From an uncultured Collinsella sp. (GTDB lineage Bacteria; Actinomycetota; Coriobacteriia; Coriobacteriales; Coriobacteriaceae), in contig CAUBQN010000001.1 of the NCBI GenBank assembly GCA_958438125.1, positions 1 to 45,973 of the forward strand: 45,973 nt of DNA, in the 5' to 3' direction. Below are positions 9,585-20,288 of this stretch, in pieces. The notes under the pieces are model-generated. The model had not been told where the DNA came from. It ran no database searches and saw only the letters and a list, made by a program, of their open reading frames with translations. Within the stretch, counting starts at the first letter, position 1; each line of letters opens with the position of its first letter. The translations under genes were made by a program, and so were the position numbers.

Positions 9585-10324
9585 TCCTGTTTCCCGCAAT
9601 CGATCTGATCGGCGGCAAGGTTGTACGCCTAGAGCGCGGCGACCGCAGCCGCTGCAAGGTATATTCCGACGACCCCGTGGCCGTTGCCCGCTCGTTTGCC
9701 GAGCAGGGCGCAAGCTGGGTGCATGTCGTCGACCTATCCGCTGCCTTTGGCGAGGACGAGGACACATGCGCTGCCAACTCGGCGGCGATTAAGGCCATCT
9801 GCGGCGTCGACGGTCTGTCCGTGGACGTGGGCGGCGGCGTTCGCTCGCTCGCACGCATCGACGAGCTGGCCGGCTATGGTGCTCGCCGCATTGCGCTGGG
9901 CACCGTGCTGGTGACCGAGCCAGGTTTTGCCGAGGTGGCAGCCCAAGGCTTTGGCGAGCTGCTGGTCGCCGACATTGCCGCGCGCGACGGCCAGGTTAAG
10001 GTGAACGGCTGGCGCGACGGCGCGGGCGTGGTGCTCGACGATGCCGTGGCGCAGCTTACCGAGCTGGGCTTTAAGCATCTGGTGTATACCGACATCGCGC
10101 GCGATGGCATGCAGACGGGCATCGATGTGGCGGCGTATCGCCATGTGGCCGAGGTCGCGGGCTTTCCCGTCGTGGCTTCGGGCGGCATCTCGACGCTCGA
10201 CGATATCCGCGCGCTTGCCGCGGTGGGTGAGGGCGCGATTGAAGGCGCCATTACCGGCCGCGCGCTCTATGAGGGCAACTTTACGCTGGCCCAGGCGCTG
10301 GCCGCCGTCCGAGGGGAGGAGTAG
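9581..10324 (+). CDS. hisA: ProFAR isomerase
   Basis: MILFPAIDL..GKVVRL, HVVDL, VGGGVR, YTDIARDG, ASGG, GRALYEG. Confidence 0.95.
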   Translation: MILFPAIDLIGGKVVRLERGDRSRCKVYSDDPVAVARSFAEQGASWVHVVDLSAAFGEDEDTCAANSAAIKAICGVDGLSVDVGGGVRSLARIDELAGYGARRIALGTVLVTEPGFAEVAAQGFGELLVADIAARDGQVKVNGWRDGAGVVLDDAVAQLTELGFKHLVYTDIARDGMQTGIDVAAYRHVAEVAGFPVVASGGISTLDDIRALAAVGEGAIEGAITGRALYEGNFTLAQALAAVRGEE

Positions 10325-10327
10325 CCC

Positions 10328-11110
10328 ATGCTTACCAAGCGCGTGATTCCCTGCCTGGACGTCAAGGACGGCCGTGTGGTCAAGGGCGTCAACTTTGTGA
10401 GCTTACGCGATGCGGGCGATCCGGTGGAGCTGGCGCGTGCCTACGACCGCGAGGGTGCGGACGAGGTCGTCTTCCTGGACATTACCGCCACGAGCGACAA
10501 CCGTGCGACGACTATCGAGATGGCGGCGCATGCGGCCGAGGAGCTGGCCATTCCCTATACCGTGGGCGGCGGCTTTCGCGACCTGGCGGGCATGCGCACC
10601 ATGGTTGCCGCCGGTGCCGACAAGGTGTCGCTCAACTCTGCCGCCGTGCGTGACCCGTCGCTGATCAGCCAGGCTGCCGCGGCGTTTGGTAGCCAGGCCG
10701 TGGTCGTGGCGATCGATGCCAAGCGCGTGGGGCTGCCTGGGGAGCCGGGTGCCGATAAGTGGGAGGTTTTTACGGCGGGCGGCCGCAACGCTACGGGTAT
10801 CGATGCGGTGGCGTGGGCCGAGGAGGCGGCTCGTCGCGGTGCCGGCGAGATCCTACTGACCAGTATGGATCGCGACGGCACCAAGGCCGGCTTTGATTTG
10901 GCGCTCACTCGCGCCGTGGCGCGCGCGGTGCCGATTCCCGTCATCGCGAGCGGCGGCGTGGGCACACTCGAGCATTTTGCCGAGGGCGTGATCGAGGGCG
11001 AGGCCGACGCCGTGCTGGCGGCGAGCGTCTTTCACTTTGGAACCTTCAGCATTCGTGAAGTCAAAGAGTATATGGCCTCTCAAGGTATTCCTGTGAGGCT
11101 GGACTTCTAA
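10328..11110 (+). CDS. hisF: IGP synthase cyclase subunit
   Basis: [41 protein letters not shown]. Confidence 0.97.
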   Translation: MLTKRVIPCLDVKDGRVVKGVNFVSLRDAGDPVELARAYDREGADEVVFLDITATSDNRATTIEMAAHAAEELAIPYTVGGGFRDLAGMRTMVAAGADKVSLNSAAVRDPSLISQAAAAFGSQAVVVAIDAKRVGLPGEPGADKWEVFTAGGRNATGIDAVAWAEEAARRGAGEILLTSMDRDGTKAGFDLALTRAVARAVPIPVIASGGVGTLEHFAEGVIEGEADAVLAASVFHFGTFSIREVKEYMASQGIPVRLDF

Positions 11111-11119
11111 TGCTGCGGC

Positions 11120-11214
11120 TTGCCCAGGCACCCGACCTTCCGGCTCCAACCCTCCTCGCGTACTTAAGTACGCGTCGTCGGGCTTGTCGCTCGGAATCTC
11201 GGGCACCTGGACAA
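11120..11214. repeat. About 95-bp imperfect palindrome (REP/MITE-like) between hisF and hisI
   Basis: Perfect central palindrome CGCGTACTTAAGTACGCG (11157-11174); arms TTGCCCAGGCACCCGA / TCGGGCACCTGGACAA. Confidence 0.75.
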
Positions 11215-11252
11215 CCCTCACCGACCTGCGAAGTTTGAATTTGGGGAGAGAA

Positions 11253-11582
11253 ATGGAAGAGATAACCGATCCTTCAAAGCTTACATACGACGCCAAGGGG
11301 CTGATTCCTTGTGTTGTTCAGCAGTATGACACCGGTGAGGTGCTTATGGTTGCTTGGATGAACGAGGAGTCGGTGGGGCTGACGCTCAAGACCGGCACCA
11401 CGTGGTTTTGGAGCCGCAGCCGCCAGGAGCTCTGGAACAAGGGCGCGACGAGCGGCAACATGCAGGAGGTCAAGGAGCTCTGGGCCGATTGCGATAGCGA
11501 TACGCTACTGGTCAAGGTCGATTCTCCGGGTCCGGCCTGCCATACCGGCAGCGGTACCTGCTTCTTTAAGAAACTCGCGTAG
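11253..11582 (+). CDS. hisI: Phosphoribosyl-AMP cyclohydrolase
   Basis: [40 protein letters not shown] 11253 after GGGGAG. Confidence 0.95.
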   Translation: MEEITDPSKLTYDAKGLIPCVVQQYDTGEVLMVAWMNEESVGLTLKTGTTWFWSRSRQELWNKGATSGNMQEVKELWADCDSDTLLVKVDSPGPACHTGSGTCFFKKLA

Positions 11583-11628
11583 GGTGGGCGCTCGACCAGA
11601 CGCTCTGCCAACCAGAAAGGATTGAACT

Positions 11629-11946
11629 ATGGGTGTGCGCACCGCAAATGTTCAGGATGGAAATATCGGTGAGACGCTGACGGGGCTTGCCGAGGTGATT
11701 CATGGCCGTCGCGACGCGTCGCCGCAGGAGAGCTATACCGCTCGTCTGCTGACCGACGTGGAGGATGAGCTGCTCAAGAAGCTTGCCGAGGAGGCGAGCG
11801 AGGTCATCATGGCCTGCAAGGATAACGATCACGACCACATCCGCTACGAGGCCGGCGACCTGGTCTACCACCTGCTCGTAACCCTCGAGCGCTACGGCAT
11901 CACCCTCGACGAACTGGCCGGCGAACTCAACGCCCGCCGCCACTAG
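11629..11946 (+). CDS. hisE: Phosphoribosyl-ATP pyrophosphatase
   Basis: SYTARLL, KKLAEEASE, EAGDLVYH. Confidence 0.95.
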   Translation: MGVRTANVQDGNIGETLTGLAEVIHGRRDASPQESYTARLLTDVEDELLKKLAEEASEVIMACKDNDHDHIRYEAGDLVYHLLVTLERYGITLDELAGELNARRH

Positions 11947-11948
11947 TC

Positions 11949-12860
11949 TTAGGCGAGGGGCGTGGACTCCCATTCGCCGGTGGGGTGGGGGATGTCGAAG
12001 GTTCGATAACCGCAATCGTAGGCGTGGGCCTGAGCCTCGCGGATGTTCCAGCAGATGTCGCAGGCGCGGTGTGCGTCCGAGCCAAAGGTGATGGGTACCT
12101 CGGCATGGGCAAAGCAGCGCAAAAGGCCGGTCGCGGGATAGTAGTCGTCGAGGCCCTTGCGCGGTGCGGCGGTCGAGACCTCAATGCGGCGACCCGTATC
12201 GTGGGCGCATTCGACCATCTGCTCCCAAAACGGCGCCGGGTCAAAATCGGGCGCAAAGCCCTCCTTCGAAAAGCGCATGACCAGGTCGGGATGGGCCATC
12301 ACGTCAAAGTTGAGCGAGCTTTCGCAAGCACGGCACCAGTCGTCGACGTAGCGCTCCCACACGCCGCGTACCCCCAGGTTTTCCCAAACGTGCAGGTTGG
12401 TGTCGTCGTCGATCCAACCGCAAAGGGAATCGGGTGTATCGGGACGAGCGACGTTTTCCGTTCCCGCCGTACCCGCGGCGCCGGCCATAATATCGCCTGG
12501 GTTGCCAATCCAATGCACACTGCCCAGGCGCACGACGGCGCCCTGGGACCAGCGCTCAACCAAAGGCTCGCAGCCCTCGTACCAGTCGCATTCGAAGCCA
12601 TAGATAAGCTCGAGCTCCGGCGTGATCTGCGCGGCGAGCTTGCGGGCGTCCTCAAATGCCAGGCGATGCGCCGTCAGGTCACCCTCGACAACCTGCACCT
12701 CGCAAGTGGCATCCATGCTGGCAGGCAGGGTAAGGTGATCGGCCGAGACCATGGTGCGGCAACCGGCCGCAGCAGCGGCGCGGACGTTGTCCTCAAACGA
12801 GGCATGCCCGTCCGAAAACGAGGTGTGGGTGTGGCAATCGACCAGCGGGCACATGGGCAT
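11949..12860 (-). CDS. PHP-family histidinol-phosphatase (HisJ/HisK-like)
   Basis: DCHTHT..SDG, GFECDW, GSVH, AHPDL, FGSDAH; convergent with the his operon. Confidence 0.85.
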   Translation of the reverse strand: MPMCPLVDCHTHTSFSDGHASFEDNVRAAAAAGCRTMVSADHLTLPASMDATCEVQVVEGDLTAHRLAFEDARKLAAQITPELELIYGFECDWYEGCEPLVERWSQGAVVRLGSVHWIGNPGDIMAGAAGTAGTENVARPDTPDSLCGWIDDDTNLHVWENLGVRGVWERYVDDWCRACESSLNFDVMAHPDLVMRFSKEGFAPDFDPAPFWEQMVECAHDTGRRIEVSTAAPRKGLDDYYPATGLLRCFAHAEVPITFGSDAHRACDICWNIREAQAHAYDCGYRTFDIPHPTGEWESTPLA

Positions 12861-12987
12861 AGCGGCTCCTTTGCGTCAAGCGAATCCGCTTCATTGTAAT
12901 GGCGCAGCTCTCAACACGCCGGACACGCCGGAGCTCGAAATCGATTGGAAAGGCTGCGCGGCGCGTGGTGCGGCCTCGCTTGCGCTT

Positions 12988-13057
12988 TCAAAACATGTAC
13001 ATCAGCCTCCAAAAGCTGCAAAAAATGACATGTTTGGAGGCTGACGTACACGTTTGA
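12988..13057. repeat. 70-bp inverted repeat (about 23-bp arms, 25-nt spacer)
   Basis: TCAAAACATGTACATCAGCCTCC ... GGAGGCTGACGTACACGTTTGA. Confidence 0.75.
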
Positions 13058-13200
13058 GTGGAGCGGGCCGGCGTTGGAGCGCGCCAGCACTTGCGCCCAG
13101 CAAAAGTCGCACCTATCCCATGACGCCGCCCCTGCGCCGCCCGCGATGTGCTAGCGTTTGGATGAACAAAACGAGCCCGCGCGGAAAGGATCCGGACCGT

Positions 13201-13686
13201 ATGCAATGCGATAGCACATCCCCACTGTCCCGCGAGACCGATGCACCCGAAACCATCGTCAAGCTGGAATGCGACATCGACGACGCGTCGCCCGAGGTGC
13301 TCGCCTATGCCGCCGACCGCCTGCGCGAGGCGGGTGCGCGCGAGGTGCATTGGCTGCCCCTCTATTGCAAGAAAGGCCGCCCCAGCTGGCAGCTACAGGT
13401 AATCTGTGCTCACGAGGATATCGAGCGTCTGCAGACGATCATCTTTTTGGAAACCACGACCAATGGTATCCGTCGCCAGGTTATGGAGCGCGTTTGCCTG
13501 CCACGCCGCTTTGAGCGCGTAACGACGCCATGGGGCGAGGTGTCCGTCAAGGTGGCCACCCTGCCCGACGGCAGTGAGCGTGCGGCACCCGAGTACGAGG
13601 ACTGCGCCCGCCTTGCCCGTGAGCACAACGTGCCGCTCCAGCGCGTGATGCAGGCGGCGCAAGCCGTGGCACTGCGATTTGAGTAA
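13201..13686 (+). CDS. LarC (DUF111) nickel-insertion protein, C-terminal domain only
   Basis: LECDIDDASPE, KKGRP, ETTTNGIR, TPWGEVSVK, PEYEDCARLA; GGAAAGGA before ATG 13201. Confidence 0.8.
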   Translation: MQCDSTSPLSRETDAPETIVKLECDIDDASPEVLAYAADRLREAGAREVHWLPLYCKKGRPSWQLQVICAHEDIERLQTIIFLETTTNGIRRQVMERVCLPRRFERVTTPWGEVSVKVATLPDGSERAAPEYEDCARLAREHNVPLQRVMQAAQAVALRFE

Positions 13687-13746
13687 CGCGGCCGGTGGCG
13701 ACATCCTGCGCCCAGCCATATCAACCCCATTCGAAAGGATCTCCCC

Positions 13747-14295
13747 ATGAAATACCTCATCGCTTCCGATATCCACGGCTCGGCATACTGGACCGAGCGC
13801 CTGTGCGCCGCCATCGAGCGCGAGAACCCCGACCGCATCGTGCTGCTGGGCGACCTGCTCTACCACGGTCCGCGCAACGACCTGCCGCGCGATTACGCCC
13901 CCAAGCGCGTAATCCCGCTGCTCAACGCCCTGGCCGACCGCATCATCGCGGTGCGCGGCAACTGCGACGCCGAGGTCGACCAGATGGTGCTCGACTTCCC
14001 CATCATGGCCGACTACGCCACGCTGTTCGACGAGACCGGCCGCGAGCTGTTCCTGACGCACGGCCATGTCTTTGGCGCCGGCATGCACAACAGCGTCGAC
14101 CACGCGCCCGCGCTGCCCGAGGGCTCCGCGCTCGTCTACGGCCATACGCACATCAAGGTCAACGAGGAAAGCGCCGCACACCCGGGCCTGTGGCTCTTCA
14201 ACCCCGGCAGCGTGAGCATCCCCAAGGACGGCACGCATAGCTACGGCATCTACGAGGGCGGAGCGTTCCGCCACGTGATCCTGGAGGAGGACTAA
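13747..14295 (+). CDS. yfcE: YfcE-like metallophosphodiesterase
   Basis: SDIHGS, LGDLLYHGPRN, RGNCDAEVD, THGH, GHTH, NPGS. Confidence 0.9.
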   Translation: MKYLIASDIHGSAYWTERLCAAIERENPDRIVLLGDLLYHGPRNDLPRDYAPKRVIPLLNALADRIIAVRGNCDAEVDQMVLDFPIMADYATLFDETGRELFLTHGHVFGAGMHNSVDHAPALPEGSALVYGHTHIKVNEESAAHPGLWLFNPGSVSIPKDGTHSYGIYEGGAFRHVILEED

Positions 14296-14297
14296 CC

Positions 14298-15158
14298 ATG
14301 GCGCAGCATATGGCTCAGCAAAATGCCGAGGGCTCGCGCGATCTGTCCACGCTGATAGACGCGTCGGCCGAGCTGCAGCATCTGGTGCAGACCATCTGGC
14401 GCTTGCGTCAGCCCGATGGCTGCCCGTGGGATCGCGAACAGACACACCGCAGCATCGGCAAGAACATGATCGAGGAGGCCTACGAGGCACTCGACTGCAT
14501 CGAGGCGGACGACGCGGTTCACCTACGCGAGGAGCTGGGCGACGTGCTCATGCAGGTCGTGCTGCATGCGCAGATCGCGGCGGATGCCGACGAGTTTACG
14601 CTGGCCGACGTGGCGCGCGATATCGACGCCAAACTCATTCGCCGTCATCCGCACGTGTTTGGCGATGTGGATGCCGACAGCTCCGACGAGGTACTCAAGA
14701 TTTGGGACGAGGTCAAGCTTGCCGAGAGGGCTGCCAAGGACAAGGCCGTGGCGGCAGGCGAGGCTGCGCCCGAGGGCCTGCTCGACGGCGTGCCCACGCA
14801 TCTGCCGGCGCTGATGCAGGCTCAGAAGGTGTCGCGCAAGGCGGCTGCCGTGGGCTTTGAATGGGAGACGGTCCAGGATATGTGGGACGAGGTTGCCGAG
14901 GAGCGTGCCGAGTTTGAGGCCGAGGCCCCTGGCTCGCCCGAGCGCGAGATGGAGTTTGGCGACCTGCTCTTTGCCCTGGTCAACGTTGCGCGCAAGGAGG
15001 GCATTGACGCCGAGAGCGCCCTTCGTGCCAGCACGGCAAAGTTCCGCCGTCGCTGGGCCGCGATGGAGCAGATGGCGGCCGATGCCCATGTTGATCTTGC
15101 CGAGCTTTCGACCCACGGCCTCAACGACCTGTGGGACGCCGCAAAGGCAGAGGAGTAA
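14298..15158 (+). CDS. mazG: Nucleoside triphosphate pyrophosphohydrolase MazG
   Basis: GCPWDREQTH, EEAYE, EELGD, RRHPHVF; second domain EFGDLLF. Confidence 0.93.
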   Translation: MAQHMAQQNAEGSRDLSTLIDASAELQHLVQTIWRLRQPDGCPWDREQTHRSIGKNMIEEAYEALDCIEADDAVHLREELGDVLMQVVLHAQIAADADEFTLADVARDIDAKLIRRHPHVFGDVDADSSDEVLKIWDEVKLAERAAKDKAVAAGEAAPEGLLDGVPTHLPALMQAQKVSRKAAAVGFEWETVQDMWDEVAEERAEFEAEAPGSPEREMEFGDLLFALVNVARKEGIDAESALRASTAKFRRRWAAMEQMAADAHVDLAELSTHGLNDLWDAAKAEE

Positions 15159-15338
15159 GACTGCGGGAACGACGGGCTGACATACCTCATCGTTCCCGCC
15201 AAATTTTTCGAAAAACAATTGTATCCCTTGGCTAACTTAGGGCATAATGCAAAAAGTGCGACAAGGCTAACTTATGAACCTGCACGTCGCTGCAGCGTGT
15301 AAGCCGCGTTGCCAAGCATTCAACCCGTTTCCAAGTGA

Positions 15339-16640
<1,302 letters not shown>

Positions 16641-16701
16641 ACGGGCGAATTTGGCGAGGGGGAGGCTGACTCGGTTCCGTCTCGCCTTGGCTGGATGCCG
16701 C

Positions 16702-16744
16702 AAGGCGCTATGGGCGTTGGGCCATATGGCTCAGCGCCTTTTTT
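16702..16744 (+). terminator. Probable intrinsic terminator after eno
   Basis: AAGGCGCT...AGCGCCTT followed by a T-tract. Confidence 0.5.
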
Positions 16745-16835
16745 ATGTCGAGCAAAGGCTGGCGAAGGCGGTGCGGGCGCTCGTGCTATAACTAGAATAC
16801 TTAGCGCAAACAAACCTCAACCGCACAAGGCGCAC

Positions 16836-17597
16836 ATGGATCAGATTTACGACAACAGGTACTATTCCGCCGGTTCGCGTGAGCCGTCGCCTCGCCGTGC
16901 GCGCACGGTGCAGCTCGGTGGGTCCGCCTACGCTGGCGCCGACCGCTCCATGCAGCGCCCGACAAGTACCTCGCGCCCCAATGCTCAAGTGAATACTTCG
17001 TCAGATGGACCGGTGCGCCCGGCACGTTCGTCGCATGCTCAGCGTTCCTCGGCTCAAACGCATGAAAAGCCGAGTAGGCCCTCGAACCGTCTTTCGGGCT
17101 CGGACTTCATGCATTACGCCAACGATAACGCGGTGGTCAAGGCAATCTACGACTTTACCCACGGTCCCCAGCGGGGGCTGTTTGTTGGCATTGTCGTCGC
17201 CCTGGCGCTTGTGAGCCTGTATTTCCCCGTGCGCGACCTGTATGTGGCAAAACGCTCGAGCGACATCTTGGCCAAGCAGGTCGAGATTCGCGAGCAATAT
17301 AACGACGACCTGCAAAAAAGCGTCGACAAGCTGCTCTCGGAGGAGGGTATCAAGGACGCGGCATCCGAGGACCTGGGCCTGGTGATGCCCGGCGAGAAGA
17401 GGATTGAAGTGCAGGGCCTGGACGACGATTCGGATGCCTCGTCGAGCAAAAAGTCCTCAAACGCCAAGAAGGCCAGCGAAGTGGCCAAGGAAATCGAAGA
17501 GGTCGGCAAGGACGCACCGTGGTACATCCAGATGCTCGATATGCTGTTTGGGTTTAACGGCGTCGAGGGCCAGACGGTCGTGTCCAACGGCGAGTAG
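16836..17597 (+). CDS. Septum formation initiator family protein (DivIC/FtsB-like)
   Basis: Disordered N-terminus, one TM segment, coiled coil, then EEGIKDAASEDLGLVMPGE; conserved position between eno and ppx. Confidence 0.75.
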   Translation: MDQIYDNRYYSAGSREPSPRRARTVQLGGSAYAGADRSMQRPTSTSRPNAQVNTSSDGPVRPARSSHAQRSSAQTHEKPSRPSNRLSGSDFMHYANDNAVVKAIYDFTHGPQRGLFVGIVVALALVSLYFPVRDLYVAKRSSDILAKQVEIREQYNDDLQKSVDKLLSEEGIKDAASEDLGLVMPGEKRIEVQGLDDDSDASSSKKSSNAKKASEVAKEIEEVGKDAPWYIQMLDMLFGFNGVEGQTVVSNGE

Positions 17598-17617
17598 CGC
17601 CCGGAGGGGAGCCTGCA

Positions 17618-18619
17618 ATGACGAATTGCAAACGCTATAAGGTGGCCGCGATCGACCTGGGAACGGTGTCGTCGCGACTGGTGTTGGCCCAGGTCGAGGG
17701 CGGGGCAATCGTGGAATCGTCCAAGCATACCGAGATTACCGACCTGGGCGAGGGCGTGGACGCGACGGGTCGCTTTTGTGAGGCGGCCGTCGAGCGCGTG
17801 CTCGCTGCGTGCCGCATGTTTGTGGACGAGGCGCGCGACTTTGGCGCCGCGTGCATCTGTACCACGTGCACGAGCGCCGCGCGCGATGCGTCCAACGCCG
17901 CGCTGCTGCTGGACGGCCTGCGCGATCTGGGGCTTGAGCCACAGGTGATTCCGGGCGAGGTCGAGGCACGCCTGACGTTTTTTGGCGTGGCGCACGACTT
18001 TGCCGGCGAGCGCATCATTGTTGCCGATTCGGGCGGCGGATCCACGGAGCTCGCGACGGGCGTCTATGCGCCGGAGCGTGGCGTCTTTGCGCTAGAAGGG
18101 ACGCGCTCGCTGGACATTGGCTGCCGCCGCGTGACGGAGCGGTTTTTCTCGACGCTGCCACCCGCACGCGGCGAGCTTGCTGCCGCTGCCGCGTGGGCAG
18201 GCGAGCAGTTCGCCGCCTATTTTGAAGGCCTGCCCAGCGACTTTGAGCGCGCCGAGCGTCTGGTCGCGGTGGGTGGCACGGTGACTACGCTGGTGGCTCT
18301 GGTCCACGAGCTGGAACCGTACGATTCGAGCTTTGTTCACCTACGCGAGCTGTCGCTGGAGCAGGTCTCGGCCGCTATCGAGCGCATGTCTGTGTTGGAC
18401 GCGGAAGGCATCGCCGCGCTACCGGGTGTACAGCCCAAACGCGCGGGCGTGATCTTGGCTGGCGCCGTGGTGATCCGCGAACTCATGCGTGCCGGCGGCT
18501 ACAAGACGCTCACCGTAAGCGAGAACAGCCTGCTCGCCGGTATGGCCGCCACCATCAACGAGACCCTCGACGGCGCGACCCCCACCATCGGCTGGACCCC
18601 CAGCCTCAGCGCCCTTTAA
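17618..18619 (+). CDS. ppx: Ppx/GppA family exopolyphosphatase
   Basis: AAIDLGT, TSAARDASN, GEVEARLTF, DSGGGSTE, RAGVILAG. Confidence 0.9.
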   Translation: MTNCKRYKVAAIDLGTVSSRLVLAQVEGGAIVESSKHTEITDLGEGVDATGRFCEAAVERVLAACRMFVDEARDFGAACICTTCTSAARDASNAALLLDGLRDLGLEPQVIPGEVEARLTFFGVAHDFAGERIIVADSGGGSTELATGVYAPERGVFALEGTRSLDIGCRRVTERFFSTLPPARGELAAAAAWAGEQFAAYFEGLPSDFERAERLVAVGGTVTTLVALVHELEPYDSSFVHLRELSLEQVSAAIERMSVLDAEGIAALPGVQPKRAGVILAGAVVIRELMRAGGYKTLTVSENSLLAGMAATINETLDGATPTIGWTPSLSAL

Positions 18620-18630
18620 CCATCCCCTCA

Positions 18631-18701
18631 TAAGTTGCGGTGAAATACGGACTAAAATCGCCCTTTCGGGTACCAAACAGTCCCTATTCCACCGCAACTC
18701 A
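18631..18701. repeat. 71-bp palindromic element, copy A
   Basis: TAAGTTGCGGTGAAATACGGACT-N25-AGTCCCTATTCCACCGCAACTCA. Confidence 0.85.
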
Positions 18702-18704
18702 ACA

Positions 18705-18756
18705 GCCGGCACCTGGGGACGTTCCTTTTCTGCCGGCACCTGGGGACAGTCCTTGC
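18705..18756 (-). repeat. 27-bp-period doublet repeat (GGACTGTCCC/GGAACGTCCC family), copy 1
   Basis: GCCGGCACCTGGGGAC occurs twice, 27 bp apart; it is the reverse complement of copies at 27785 and 30029. Confidence 0.8.
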
Positions 18757-18774
18757 GGGGCGTCCCCACAGCGC

Positions 18775-20076
18775 CTATGCCAGCTTGTCGATTTGCCCAA
18801 TCTCCCAAAGCGGAATATTGACGAGCATGCCCTCGTCTCTATATGTCGCCAGGGAGCTCCTCACGCAACGCTCGAGCTTGAATTTTTCGCAGGCTATTTT
18901 CAGACTCTTCGCTTTAAGGTTCTCTGCCGCCTTGACCTCAAGCGGAAGCACGGTTCCCGCATGGTCGATGGCAAAATCGGTTTCGGCATTGCCAGAGGTA
19001 GAGGACCAATACGCGGGAGTTTTGTCCTGGAGCAAAAGCTCCTGCGCGACGTATTGTTCGGTCAGCGAACCTTTGAACTCGGTAAAAACAGCGGATCCGT
19101 TAAGAACGATGGCCGGAGAGAGACCGGAGAGCGCTCCGAGGATGCCGGTGTCGATGCAGAACAGTTTGAAGCCCGAGAGGTCTTCGTAGCTCGAGAGCGG
19201 CGCCTTTAGAGCGGAAACACGTGGCACCTTATGAACGATTCCGTAGTCCGTGAGCCACTGGAGGCTTTCCTCGAAATCGCGTGCGCGCGCTCCGGGACGA
19301 AGGGCGCCGTAGACAAACTTCTTGTTCTCCTTTGCAAGCTGGCCGGGAAGGGATTTCCAAACCAACCCCATGCGCTCGACGATGCGGGCGGGTGCATGTT
19401 TGCCAAAATCGGATTCGTAAGCCTCGATGATTTGCTGCTGAAGCCTTCGGGCTTCGATGAAGTCGCGTGTCTCGGCGAAAGTGGAGACAACTTCGGGCAT
19501 ACCGCCGACAACAAGGTATTCCTTGAGCAAGTGCTCGAGCTTTTCGGTAACGTTTGCTAGAAGGTTCATGTCTGCGGCAAGGATGGCGTCGGCGAGCGGG
19601 TTGCCGTCGACGGCACGAACGAACTCAGCAAACCCCATGGGACGCATGGTGAGCTGGTCGATTTTGCCGACGGGAAATGACTCGTTTTCGCGTCGGAGCG
19701 CGAGGCCCATATAGGAACCGGCTGCTACGATGTGGTATTCGGGTGCAAGCTCGTTGAAGTACTTGAGCGAGGTGATCCCGCGTGGCGCCTCTTGGATTTC
19801 GTCGAAGATGATGAGCGTGTCTTCCGGCGTTACGGTTTGGCCACGTAGGAGTTCTATCTGGGAGATGATGCGCTTGGGGTCGAGGTCCCCATCGAACAGC
19901 GAGCGTGTGCTCGGCTCGAGCATAAAGTCAAAACGAATGACGTTTCGATACTGCTGGCTTGCGAATTCGTTAAGAAGCCAAGTCTTTCCTGTCTGGCGGG
20001 CTCCCCTAAGCAAGAGAGGTTTGCGATTCGCCCTTGATTTCCAAGCGATAAGTTCACTCATAAGCTGTCGCTGCAT
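18775..20076 (-). CDS. AAA+ ATPase with C-terminal DUF4143/PD-(D/E)xK-like domain
   Basis: Walker A GARQTGKT, Walker B FDEIQE, AAGS, VGGMPEVV, C-terminal ETDF...PLEVKA; GGGAGG RBS before ATG 20076. Confidence 0.88.
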   Translation of the reverse strand: MQRQLMSELIAWKSRANRKPLLLRGARQTGKTWLLNEFASQQYRNVIRFDFMLEPSTRSLFDGDLDPKRIISQIELLRGQTVTPEDTLIIFDEIQEAPRGITSLKYFNELAPEYHIVAAGSYMGLALRRENESFPVGKIDQLTMRPMGFAEFVRAVDGNPLADAILAADMNLLANVTEKLEHLLKEYLVVGGMPEVVSTFAETRDFIEARRLQQQIIEAYESDFGKHAPARIVERMGLVWKSLPGQLAKENKKFVYGALRPGARARDFEESLQWLTDYGIVHKVPRVSALKAPLSSYEDLSGFKLFCIDTGILGALSGLSPAIVLNGSAVFTEFKGSLTEQYVAQELLLQDKTPAYWSSTSGNAETDFAIDHAGTVLPLEVKAAENLKAKSLKIACEKFKLERCVRSSLATYRDEGMLVNIPLWEIGQIDKLA

Positions 20077-20119
20077 ATTGCCTCCCAACCCTCTCGGCTA
20101 GTATAAGGCCATTTGGTCG

Positions 20120-20203
20120 TTTCCATCGGAAAATGTGCGAGACAACCACGTTTTTCCATCGGAAAATGTGCGAGACAGCCACGTTTTTCCATCGGAAAAT
20201 GTG
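20120..20203. repeat. 33-bp tandem repeat (about 2.5 copies) upstream of the ATPase gene
   Basis: TTCCATCGGAAAATGTG at 20121, 20154 and 20187; core TTTTCCATCGGAAAA is palindromic. Confidence 0.9.
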
Positions 20204-20215
20204 TAAATACCAACC

Positions 20216-20286
20216 TAAGTTGCGGTGGAATAGTTCCTAAATGGGCTGATAAACTGCCAAAACAGGAACTATTCCACCGCAACTTA
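20216..20286. repeat. 71-bp palindromic element, copy B
   Basis: TAAGTTGCGGTGGAATAGTTCCT-N25-AGGAACTATTCCACCGCAACTTA. Confidence 0.85.
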
Positions 20287-20288
20287 GA

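Noticed and set aside
20120..20203. Possible mini-CRISPR array
   Set aside because: The intervening sequences are nearly identical and too short, and there are no cas genes; this is a tandem repeat.
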